A stretch of 64,000 nucleotides of DNA from an uncultured Actinomycetes bacterium (lineage in GTDB: Bacteria; Actinomycetota; Thermoleophilia; Gaiellales; Gaiellaceae). The position numbers were made by a program, and so were the translations under genes. Shown here piece after piece: positions 37,382 to 45,336 of this stretch (positions are counted from its first letter, which is position 1; every line of letters starts with the position of its first letter). Below the pieces are notes generated by a model that worked only from the letters and a program-made list of their open reading frames with translations, ran no database searches and was not told the origin of the DNA. The stretch covers positions 29,003 through 93,002 of the forward strand of contig CAVVBZ010000036.1 of NCBI GenBank assembly GCA_963746635.1, read 5' to 3'.

Positions 37382-38610
37382 TCTCTCCCGCCCGGCGCGC
37401 GGCGTTCGAGACCGTGCTCCGCGTCTTCGAGGAGAGCGCGTACGCCGACCGGGCCTTCCCCTCCGCGGCGGCCGGTCTCGACCAGCGTGACCGCGCGTTG
37501 GCCCAGCGGCTCGCCTTCGGGACGATCCAACGAGCCCGGACGCTCGACCACGGGATCGAGACGCTCGGCCGGCGGCCGGTCGCCAAGCTCGACCCGCCGG
37601 TGCGGGCTGCGCTGCGTCTGGGCGCATACCAGCTCGCCTTCTCGGAGGTGGCCGTCCACGCCGCCGTGAACGAGTCGGTCGAGCTCGTGCGGGCGGCAGG
37701 CCTCGAGCGCGCGGTGGCGTTCACGAACGCCGTCATGCGTCGCCTCACGCTCGGCCTGCGCGACCTGGTGGACGCGCTTCCGGCAGAGACTGCGACGCAG
37801 GCGGCGCTGAAGCACTCGTATCCGGACTGGGTCGCGGAGCTGTGGTGGCGCGAGCTCGGGGAGGCCGAGGCGCTGGCGCTGATGGAGGCGCAGAACGAGC
37901 CGCCGGAGACGGTCGTGCGCCTGAATCCGCGCAGGGAGGGGCGCGTGGAAGGCGTCCCGGATCCGGAGCTGCCGAACGCGTTGCGGGTCGAGCGGGTCGA
38001 CGAAAAGGCTCTGCGCGAAGGGTTGATCTGGCCCCAGAGCCGCGGCTCTCAGCTGGCCGGTCTCTGCGTCGCGAGCCGCGAGGGCGAGCGCGTGCTCGAT
38101 CTCTGCGCGGCGCCCGGCGGCAAGGCAACCCAGGTTGCGGGCGAGGTGACCGCCGTCGAGAAGCATCCCGGCCGCGCCAGAGAGCTGGAGGAGAACTGCG
38201 CGCGGCTTGGCGCCTCGAACGTACGGGTCATGAACGCCGATGCGCTCCAGCTACCGGAGGAGTTGCGGGACTTCGACCGGGTGCTCGTCGATGCTCCCTG
38301 CTCGGGTCTGGGCGTGCTCGCCTCGCGCCCGGACCTCCGCTGGCGCGCGAAGCCGTTGCCCGAGCTGCAGCGCGAGTTGCTGGCGGTCGCCGCAGAGCGG
38401 GCCCGACCTGGCGGGACGATCGTGTACTCGGTCTGCACGATCAGCGTCGAGGAGAACGAGGCCGTGGTCGACGCGACCGGCCTCGCCGTCGAGCCGCTCC
38501 AGGACGAGTGGCCGCAGTTCGCGCATCCGAGGCGGCCGGAGTTCCTGCTGACGCTGCCTCATCGGCACGAAACCTCCGGGTTCTTCATCGCGCGCCTGCG
38601 AGCGACTTAG
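37378..38610 (+). CDS. rsmB: 16S rRNA (cytosine-C5)-methyltransferase RsmB/Sun
   Basis: GTGA overlap with fmt. NusB-like N-terminus, DLCAAPGGKA, DAPCSGLGV, YSVCT. Confidence 0.85.
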   Translation: MISPARRAAFETVLRVFEESAYADRAFPSAAAGLDQRDRALAQRLAFGTIQRARTLDHGIETLGRRPVAKLDPPVRAALRLGAYQLAFSEVAVHAAVNESVELVRAAGLERAVAFTNAVMRRLTLGLRDLVDALPAETATQAALKHSYPDWVAELWWRELGEAEALALMEAQNEPPETVVRLNPRREGRVEGVPDPELPNALRVERVDEKALREGLIWPQSRGSQLAGLCVASREGERVLDLCAAPGGKATQVAGEVTAVEKHPGRARELEENCARLGASNVRVMNADALQLPEELRDFDRVLVDAPCSGLGVLASRPDLRWRAKPLPELQRELLAVAAERARPGGTIVYSVCTISVEENEAVVDATGLAVEPLQDEWPQFAHPRRPEFLLTLPHRHETSGFFIARLRAT

Positions 38611-38620
38611 GATCACGGCC

Positions 38621-39313
38621 ATGAGCTGGTCCGACTGGATCCGCGGAGTCGAGGTCGAGCCGTCGCTGTACGCCTCCGACTTCTCCCGCCTCGGCGAGCA
38701 GGTCGAGGCTCTGCTCCGCGCCGGGGCGCGTGTCTTCCACTTCGACGTCGGCGACGGCCATTTCATCCCGCCGATCACGATCGGCCCGATCGTGCTCGGC
38801 TGGATTGCGCCGATCGTCCACGGCGCAGGCGGCGTGCTCGACTGCCACCTGATGGTCGAGGTGCCCGAGCCGCACATTGCGCAGTTCGCCGAGGCAGGCG
38901 CGGACAGCGTCACGGTTCACGTCGAGACCTGTCCGGACCTCCCGGCCGTCGCCGCGCTGGCACGAGAGCACGGCCTCCAGGTCGGGCTGGCGCTGAACCC
39001 CGAGACGGACGTCGAGTCGGCCGCGGCGGCGGCGCTGGAGGCGGAGGTCGACCTCGTGCTCTGCATGAGCGTGCACCCTGGGTACTCGGGTCAGAAGTTC
39101 ATTCCGGAGGCACTCGAGCGCGTGCGCGTGTTGCGGGAGCTGCTCCCGGAGTCGACGCGGATCCAGGTGGACGGTGGGGTCGGCCTCGACAACATCGTCG
39201 AGCTGCGCGAGGCCGGCGCGACGTTGTTCGTCGCCGCGACCGCGATCTTCGGGCACGAGGACCCGGCCCTTGCGTATCGCCGGCTCGCGGAGCAGGCAGC
39301 ACCGCGAGCATGA
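38621..39313 (+). CDS. rpe: ribulose-phosphate 3-epimerase
   Basis: PSLYASDF, HFDVGDGHF, MSVHPGYSGQKF, VDGG. Confidence 0.9.
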   Translation: MSWSDWIRGVEVEPSLYASDFSRLGEQVEALLRAGARVFHFDVGDGHFIPPITIGPIVLGWIAPIVHGAGGVLDCHLMVEVPEPHIAQFAEAGADSVTVHVETCPDLPAVAALAREHGLQVGLALNPETDVESAAAAALEAEVDLVLCMSVHPGYSGQKFIPEALERVRVLRELLPESTRIQVDGGVGLDNIVELREAGATLFVAATAIFGHEDPALAYRRLAEQAAPRA

Positions 39314-40254
39314 GCCTGGAGCGTGCACTGGAGCTCGCGGAGCGAGGGCGCGGCCAGGTCGGGCGCGACCATCCGCTCGTGGGCGCCGTGATCGTTCACG
39401 ACAGGGAGGTCGTCGGTGAGGGGTGGTACGCAGGGCCCGGGACCCCGCACGCCGAGGTGGCGGCGCTCGGGTCGGCCGGCGAGCGTTCGCGGGGGGCAAC
39501 GCTGTTCGTGACGCTCGAGCCCTGCTCGCACCACGGTGAGACGCCTCCGTGTGTGGACGCGGTTGTGGAGGCGGGCATCGCTCGGGTCGTCGCGGGCGTC
39601 GGCGACCCGAACCCGAAGGTCGACGGGAAGGGGTTCGAGCGATTGCGCGGTGCCGGGGTCGAGGTCGAGGTGCTCGCCTCGTGGGAGGCGCGGCTCCAGA
39701 ACGAGGCCTGGCGCGTCTGGATCTCCCGCGGCCGGCCCTTCGTGACTTACAAGGTGGCGATCACGCTCGACGGGCGGGTGACCGTGCCGGGCTCGCGCTG
39801 GGTCACCGGCGAGGAGAGCCGCCGCCGCGTGCACGAGCTACGGGCAGTCTCCGATGCGGTCGCGGTCGGTACGGGGACGGTGCTTGCCGACGATCCGGCC
39901 CTGACCGCGCGGGGCGTGGGTGCGACACAGCAACCCCGGCGCCTGGTCTTCGGGCGAAGGCCGCTGCCGGACGGGTCGGAGCTCGAGCTTCGCTCCGGGA
40001 GGCTCGAGGAGGAGCTGACGGCGCTGGCCGCGGAGGGCGTGCAGACGCTGCTACTGGAAGGCGGACCGACGCTCGCCGGGTCGTTCCTCGCGGCAGACCT
40101 CGTCGACAAGCTGCTCGTGTTCGTTGCGCCGCGCCTGTCCGGCGAGGGCTCCGGCCCCGTGGCGGCGCTGCCCGATCCGATCGAGCTGTTACGGCTGAGG
40201 TGCGAGGCGCTCGGCGACGACGTGCTTCTCAGCGCCTATCTCCGTGAGCCGTGA
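39310..40254 (+). CDS. ribD: bifunctional riboflavin-biosynthesis deaminase/reductase
   Basis: ATGA overlap with rpe. HAEVAAL, PCSHHGETPPC, plus the reductase domain. Confidence 0.9.
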   Translation: MSLERALELAERGRGQVGRDHPLVGAVIVHDREVVGEGWYAGPGTPHAEVAALGSAGERSRGATLFVTLEPCSHHGETPPCVDAVVEAGIARVVAGVGDPNPKVDGKGFERLRGAGVEVEVLASWEARLQNEAWRVWISRGRPFVTYKVAITLDGRVTVPGSRWVTGEESRRRVHELRAVSDAVAVGTGTVLADDPALTARGVGATQQPRRLVFGRRPLPDGSELELRSGRLEEELTALAAEGVQTLLLEGGPTLAGSFLAADLVDKLLVFVAPRLSGEGSGPVAALPDPIELLRLRCEALGDDVLLSAYLREP

Positions 40255-40319
40255 GATCGGCGGCCCGGCCGGCTGACCGTTTTCTCTCGGCCCTTCTGGT
40301 CTTAGTACGGTTCGCCCGG

Positions 40320-40390
40320 CCTCCTCCCCAAGGCGAGCGTATCCGGGAAAGGCGCGCGTGTCTGGAACGGATTCGTGCCGAAACCGTGAC
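40320..40390 (+). repeat. conserved intergenic motif, copy 1
   Basis: CCTCCTCCCC (40320), GCGAGCGTATC (40333), CGTGTCTG (40357), CCGTGAC (40384). Same order as the copy at 44751, with identical spacing between the first three blocks. Confidence 0.65.
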
Positions 40391-40424
40391 AGCTCGCGCG
40401 GGCTCCGGCCGCGAGCAGGCCGGG

Positions 40425-40430
40425 TAGCCT
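40425..40430 (+). promoter_or_regulatory. -10 box TAGCCT, 6 nt before the ribE GTG (leaderless candidate)
   Basis: TAnnnT. The same hexamer and spacing as before tyrA. Confidence 0.4.
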
Positions 40431-40436
40431 TGGCTC

Positions 40437-41030
40437 GTGTTCACCGGGATCGTGCGTGAGCGAGGGCGCGTCGTCGCCGCGGAGCGCAACGGCGCCGAGG
40501 GTGCGGTTCGGCTGCGAATCGCCGCTCCGCTCACAGCCGCCGAAACGGGCCTCGGGGACTCGATCTCGGTCGCAGGCTGCTGCCTGACAGCGATCGCCAC
40601 CGACGACGACGAGCTCGTCTTCGAGGCAGTTCCGGAGTCCCTGGCACGCACCACCCTCGGAGACCTCGGCGAGGGGGCGGAGGTCAACATCGAGCCGGCG
40701 CTCCGGGCGGGTGAGCCGCTCGGCGGCCACTACGTCCAGGGTCACGTCGACGGTGTCGGTCGCATCAGATCGGTCGAGGCCGAGGGCGACGGCTGCCGCA
40801 TCTCGGTCGAGGTCCCCGCGGAGCTGCTGCGCTACTGCGTCGAGAAGGGATCGCTCGCGGTCGACGGCGTTTCCCTCACGATCGCCGCTCTCGATGGCGA
40901 CGGGGTCGAGATCGCACTCGTGCCGCACACGCTCCGTGAGACGACCCTCTCGGCCCTCGGGGCCGGCGACCCGGTGAACCTCGAGGTCGATGTGCTCGCC
41001 AAGTACGTCGAACGGCTGACCGCCCGCTGA
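40437..41030 (+). CDS. ribE: riboflavin synthase (alpha chain)
   Basis: MFTGIV, GDSISVAGCCLT, internal repeat GSLAVDGVSLT. Confidence 0.9.
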   Translation: MFTGIVRERGRVVAAERNGAEGAVRLRIAAPLTAAETGLGDSISVAGCCLTAIATDDDELVFEAVPESLARTTLGDLGEGAEVNIEPALRAGEPLGGHYVQGHVDGVGRIRSVEAEGDGCRISVEVPAELLRYCVEKGSLAVDGVSLTIAALDGDGVEIALVPHTLRETTLSALGAGDPVNLEVDVLAKYVERLTAR

Positions 41031-41049
41031 GGAGTACGATCCGTCCGGG

Positions 41050-42303
41050 ATGGACACCGTCGCGCAATCCACGGCCTTCGCCTCGATCGAGGAGGCGATC
41101 GAAGACATCCGCCAGGGCAAGTTCGTCGTCGTGGTCGACGCCGCCGACCGCGAGAACGAAGGCGACCTGACGATCGCGGCCCAGTTCGCGACACCCGAGG
41201 CGATCAACTTCATGGCCACCCACGGCCGCGGCCTGATCTGTCTCTGCCTGACCGAAGACCGGTGCGACGAGCTGCAGCTCCGCCCGATGACGGAGCGCAA
41301 CGAGACGCCGTACGGAACCGCGTTCACGATCTCGATCGAGGCGCGCGACGGCGTCAGCACCGGGATCTCCGCCTCCGACCGCTCGCGGACGATCCAGGTT
41401 GCGATCGATCCGAGTCGCGGGCCGCAGGATCTGGTCCAGCCCGGCCACGTCTTCCCCCTTCGCGCACGCGCGGGCGGGGTGTTGCGCCGCACGGGTCAGA
41501 CGGAGGCCGCCGTCGATCTCGCGAGGCTTGCCGGCCTCAACCCGGCGGGCGTCGTCTGCGAGGTGATGAACGACGACGGGACGATGGCGCGCGTGCCCGA
41601 CCTGATCTCGTACTGCGAGCGGCACGGCCTGACGATGATCACGGTCGCCGACCTGATCGAGTACCGCAGGCGGACGGAGAAGCTCGTCGAGCGCACGACC
41701 TCGGTGCGGTTGCCGACGACCTACGGCGAGTTCACGGCGATCGCGTTCCGGGAAAGGCTGACCGGCAAGCACCACCTCGCGCTGGTCAAAGGCGAGGTCG
41801 ACGGCATGCAGAACGTGCTCGTCCGCGTCCACTCGGAGTGCCTGACCGGCGACGTCTTCCACTCGCTTCGCTGCGATTGCGGGGAGCAGCTCGACCAGGC
41901 CCTTCAGCAGATCGCGGCGGAGGATCGCGGCGTCCTCCTCTACATGGCCCAGGAGGGGCGAGGGATCGGGCTGCTCAACAAGCTCAAGGCCTACGAGCTC
42001 CAGGAGGGTGGGCTGGACACGGTCGAGGCCAATCTCGAGCTCGGCTTTCCCGCGGACGCACGGGAGTGGGGGATCGGCAACCAGATCCTCGCCGACCTCG
42101 GGCTCACGACGATCCGGATCCTGACCAACAATCCGAAGAAGATCAGCGGGCTCGGTGGTTATGGTCTGTCCGTGGTCGAGCAGGTCCCGATCGAGACGCC
42201 GCCGCACGAGGAGAACAGGCGGTACCTGACAACCAAGCGCGAGAAGCTCGGTCATCGCCTGCACCACCAGGATCTGCGCTTCGAGCCGGAGACCGACGCG
42301 TGA
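41050..42303 (+). CDS. ribBA: bifunctional 3,4-dihydroxy-2-butanone-4-phosphate synthase / GTP cyclohydrolase II
   Basis: DRENEGDL, RVHSECLTGDVFHSLRCDCG, QEGRGIGL. Confidence 0.9.
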   Translation: MDTVAQSTAFASIEEAIEDIRQGKFVVVVDAADRENEGDLTIAAQFATPEAINFMATHGRGLICLCLTEDRCDELQLRPMTERNETPYGTAFTISIEARDGVSTGISASDRSRTIQVAIDPSRGPQDLVQPGHVFPLRARAGGVLRRTGQTEAAVDLARLAGLNPAGVVCEVMNDDGTMARVPDLISYCERHGLTMITVADLIEYRRRTEKLVERTTSVRLPTTYGEFTAIAFRERLTGKHHLALVKGEVDGMQNVLVRVHSECLTGDVFHSLRCDCGEQLDQALQQIAAEDRGVLLYMAQEGRGIGLLNKLKAYELQEGGLDTVEANLELGFPADAREWGIGNQILADLGLTTIRILTNNPKKISGLGGYGLSVVEQVPIETPPHEENRRYLTTKREKLGHRLHHQDLRFEPETDA

Positions 42304-43067
42304 GCGAGGGGTTCGAGGAGTCGCGCCTCCGGTTCGGCGCGGAGGCGGAGGAGGAGGTGCGCGACGAGGGCGCCGCGCTGGAGACCGAGCCCCAGGACGA
42401 GCTCGGCCCGTGGCCTTCCCCGGAGGGGTCGGCGGTTGAGCAGGAGGAGTCTCCGTTCGAAGAGGAGGAAGAGCTTCCGGCCGCCCAGGAGCTGCCGGTG
42501 GAAGAGGAGACGGAGCTACCGGCAGAGGAGGACGAGCTGCCTCGGATACGACCGCCTGACCACGCGGCGGGCGGGTTGCGGATTCCCGAGGGGTACGGCG
42601 TCATCCAGGGCGAGCCGAGCGGAGGCCGCCGGTCGGTGGGTGTTGTGGTCGGACGCTTCAACGGCGAGCTCACCGGGGAGCTCCTGACCCGCGCGCTCGA
42701 CGAGCTCGAACGCGCCGGCGTCGGACGCGAGGCGGTGACGGTCGTGCCCGTCCCCGGAGCCTTCGAGCTGCCGCTCGCTGCGATGGCGCTCGCGAAGACC
42801 CGGCGCTACTCGTGCATCGTCGCGCTCGGCGCGGTCATTCGCGGCGAGACACCACACTTCGACTACGTGGCGAGCGAGGCGGCGAGCGGGCTCCAACTGG
42901 CCGGGCTCGAGACGGGCATCCCGGTCGCGTTCGGCGTGCTGACCTGCGACAACGAGCAGCAGGCACGGGAGCGGCTCGACAAGGGTGCCGAGGCCGTGCG
43001 CACGGCCCTCGAGATGGCCGACGTGTTCGCCCAGCTGCGTGCGGCTGCCGGCGCCGCGCCAGCCTAG
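42300..43067 (+). CDS. ribH: 6,7-dimethyl-8-ribityllumazine synthase with a ~92-aa acidic N-terminal extension
   Basis: Core VGVVVGRFNGELT...VPGAFELP...GAVIRGETPHFDYV. GTGA overlap with ribBA gives 255 aa. The alternative TTG at 42576 gives a canonical 163 aa. Confidence 0.85.
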   Translation: MSEGFEESRLRFGAEAEEEVRDEGAALETEPQDELGPWPSPEGSAVEQEESPFEEEEELPAAQELPVEEETELPAEEDELPRIRPPDHAAGGLRIPEGYGVIQGEPSGGRRSVGVVVGRFNGELTGELLTRALDELERAGVGREAVTVVPVPGAFELPLAAMALAKTRRYSCIVALGAVIRGETPHFDYVASEAASGLQLAGLETGIPVAFGVLTCDNEQQARERLDKGAEAVRTALEMADVFAQLRAAAGAAPA

Positions 43068-43078
43068 AAGACCCGGCG

Positions 43079-43828
43079 TCAGCAGTCGAAGGGGCCCTCG
43101 TCCCGGCCAATCTCGCGCCCGTCGGTGGCCCGAGCGACAAGCACAGCCGGTCGGTGACCGCGCTGGCACGTGTCGCCACCCTGGATGTAGACGAAGACGC
43201 CGTGATGAATCGGCAATAGAAGCTTGCCGCCGTCCTCGAACGAGAGCGTCACCGTTTCGACCGGCGGCTCGGCGACGCCGCTTATCTCTCTCACTCCCGG
43301 GAACGTGTCACGGGGCGCGCAGCCGCTGGTGGCGAAAGGCAAGAACGAAGCCGAGAGGCGGGTCGAGCAACCGGTGATCAGGAAGCGACCTTCGGTCTCG
43401 TAGACGGTTGCCCAGCCGACCCCGGTCTTCGTCCGGGCCACATACACCGTGACCGGTCCTCGAGACAGCGCGAATGTCCCTGCCGGCTCGATCGTCTTCA
43501 GGTCGATCGCGCCGGTCGGCGAACTCCGCTCCAGCGCGAATGCCTGGCGGGCCGTATCGGAGACAGGCGGTCCTTCCGAGCTCGAGAAGAGATGCAGGTC
43601 GAAGGGTCCGACGGCCGTCCACGAGATCGCGAGAGCGCCGATGAGAATCGCGACCAGGAGCGTGAGGGCCAGAATTGTCTTGCGCCCGAACGGAAGCCGT
43701 CGTGGTCGCAGTTGAGCGGCAATCAGCGTGTCGAGCCGGTCGCGGGCCTGGTCTCGCGCGGCGGTGGGGATCGGCAGCGGCTCGCACAGTCGAAGCGCGG
43801 ACCGGAGGCGGACGAGGTCGTCGGTCAT
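43079..43828 (-). CDS. single-pass membrane protein, putative anti-sigma partner
   Basis: ATGA overlap with the ECF sigma gene. One TM (ILALTLLVAILIGALAI) after about 50 cytoplasmic residues. Confidence 0.55.
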   Translation of the reverse strand: MTDDLVRLRSALRLCEPLPIPTAARDQARDRLDTLIAAQLRPRRLPFGRKTILALTLLVAILIGALAISWTAVGPFDLHLFSSSEGPPVSDTARQAFALERSSPTGAIDLKTIEPAGTFALSRGPVTVYVARTKTGVGWATVYETEGRFLITGCSTRLSASFLPFATSGCAPRDTFPGVREISGVAEPPVETVTLSFEDGGKLLLPIHHGVFVYIQGGDTCQRGHRPAVLVARATDGREIGRDEGPFDC

Positions 43829-44424
43829 CGCAGGGCTCCCATCGAGGTCGAGGTGAGGGCAGCAAGAAGCGTTGGCCGGATCCGATGCAGGCGGGCGGCG
43901 ACGGTCCCGGCGGCGACGCCGAGCGCTTCGCCAACCTCGGCATGCGTGAGGTCGCTGATCGCCGAGAGCAGGAGTGTCTCGCGATCAGCCGGCCGCAGCG
44001 CCCCGAGGGCATCGGCGAGCTGCCGACCACAGTCCGCGGCCGCAAGGCGCCCAAGGAGGCTTTCGGTGTCGAGTTCTTCGGCCGGCAGAGCTCCGTGAGA
44101 GGCATACGCCCTGAGGCGCCGGGTCTCGGCACGGTGATGGCGGGCTACGAGGTTCGCGGCGATTCCGTAGAGCCAGGGAAGCGCCGAGTTGCCGAGAGGT
44201 CGGAAGCGGCGGCGTCCCGCGAATGCGAGGGCAAAGGTCTCCGCGGCCAGGTCGTCGGCGAGATGGACGCCGATGCGCCGCCGGAGGTACCGCCAGACGG
44301 CGTCGAAGTGGCGCTCGAAGACGGGACGAAAGGATTCGGCGTTGTCGAGCGACCTGCGGATGGCCTCTGCGTCAGTCATCTCCTGCTTATCGCCGATCCG
44401 CGCCAGGGCTTTGCGTTGATGCAT
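43825..44424 (-). CDS. ECF-type RNA polymerase sigma factor
   Basis: Region 2 (PWLYGIAANL) and region 4 (LTHAEVGEALGVAAGTVAARL). Confidence 0.85.
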   Translation of the reverse strand: MHQRKALARIGDKQEMTDAEAIRRSLDNAESFRPVFERHFDAVWRYLRRRIGVHLADDLAAETFALAFAGRRRFRPLGNSALPWLYGIAANLVARHHRAETRRLRAYASHGALPAEELDTESLLGRLAAADCGRQLADALGALRPADRETLLLSAISDLTHAEVGEALGVAAGTVAARLHRIRPTLLAALTSTSMGALR

Positions 44425-44485
44425 GCGTCGTCAGATCCGTTGACGTTAGTGCGGCCGCCGGCCGCGCCACACGTGACCGCTCAGC

Positions 44486-44491
44486 TACACT
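44486..44491 (+). promoter_or_regulatory. -10 box TACACT, 8 nt before the rpmB GTG (leaderless candidate)
   Basis: TAnnnT. TTGACG lies further upstream at about 44443-44448. Confidence 0.4.
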
Positions 44492-44499
44492 CCGCCGCC

Positions 44500-44691
44500 G
44501 TGTCCAAGGTCTGCGCAATCTGTGGGAAGAAGCCCTCGTTCGGCCATAACCGGAGCCATTCGATGGTGGCGACGAAGCGGCGCTTCGATCCGAATCTCCA
44601 GCGCGTCCGCCTGCTGCTGGACGGCAAGGCGACTCGCGCGTATGTCTGCACACGCTGCCTGAAGAGCGGCCGGGTCGTAAAGGCCGTCTGA
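44500..44691 (+). CDS. rpmB: 50S ribosomal protein L28
   Basis: VSKVCAICGKKPSFGHNRSHSMVATKRRFDPNLQ. Not listed as a separate ORF in the track because it is embedded in a longer open frame. Confidence 0.9.
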   Translation: MSKVCAICGKKPSFGHNRSHSMVATKRRFDPNLQRVRLLLDGKATRAYVCTRCLKSGRVVKAV

Positions 44692-44750
44692 CGCTCGCGG
44701 CGCCGGGCCCGCGGAGTCTGCTCCGGGCCTCCTGTTCAAGGCACACCCGA

Positions 44751-44810
44751 CCTCCTCCCCGCTGCGAGCGTATCGAGCGCGGTCGCACGTGTCTGTGACG
44801 CGACCGTGAC
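44751..44810 (+). repeat. conserved intergenic motif, copy 2
   Basis: CCTCCTCCCC (44751), GCGAGCGTATC (44764), CGTGTCTG (44788), CCGTGAC (44804). Confidence 0.65.
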
Positions 44811-44891
44811 GAGGGCGTGACAATCGCTGCACAGGGTCCCGAGTCGCACGAGGAGCGCAACCCGCCCGGCTCGCGGAGGCGTCTAACGGGC

Positions 44892-45266
44892 GTGGAGGAC
44901 GACGCCCTCACCGTTCCGTCCGCGCTCGGGCGGATCACGATCTCGCCCGAGGCCGTCGCCCAGATCGTCGGGCGAACGGCGGCCGAGTGCTACGGCGTCG
45001 TCGGCATGTCCCTGCGAGCGCCGGGCGCTGCCCGGGAGCGGGTGAACCGGCTCCTGCCTCGCGGTCGTGGGCGACGCGGGATCGTCGTTCGCACCCACGA
45101 GGGCGCGGTCGCGATCGACCTCTATGTCGTCGTCGAGTACGGGCTCAACCTCGCCGAGGTGGCCGCGACCGTCCGCTCGCGGGTCGCCTACGAGGTCGAG
45201 CGGCTGACCGGCCTCGAGGTCGCGTCGGTGGACGTGCACATCCAGGCGGTGAAGCGATCGGCATGA
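44892..45266 (+). CDS. Asp23/Gls24-family (YloU-like) protein
   Basis: ISPEAVAQIVGRTAAECYGVVGM...VEYGLNLAEVAATVRSRV. GTG at 44892 lies 12 nt after GGAGG. The ORF-track start at 44817 is possible. Confidence 0.75.
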   Translation: MEDDALTVPSALGRITISPEAVAQIVGRTAAECYGVVGMSLRAPGAARERVNRLLPRGRGRRGIVVRTHEGAVAIDLYVVVEYGLNLAEVAATVRSRVAYEVERLTGLEVASVDVHIQAVKRSA

Positions 45267-45336
45267 GACGTCTCCATCAACCCGCACGGCCGTCGGCAAC
45301 GACCGGTCGAAGCGCTGACCGCCGGGGGAGCCGCTC

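Noticed and set aside
40255-40436. FMN (RFN) riboswitch expected near the riboflavin genes
   Set aside because: The conserved RFN cores (GGGTGAAATTCC..., AGTCCGGATG, GAAG) are not present in this spacer. There is also no spacer before ribD, which overlaps rpe. The spacer holds the repeated motif described in the findings instead.
44387-44938. Antisense ORFs opposite rpmB, preceded on the minus strand by GGGGAGGAGG
   Set aside because: The apparent strong Shine-Dalgarno is the reverse complement of the conserved CCTCCTCCCC block. The ORFs are Arg-rich, overlap rpmB entirely, and the other copy of the motif (40320) has no start codon after it.
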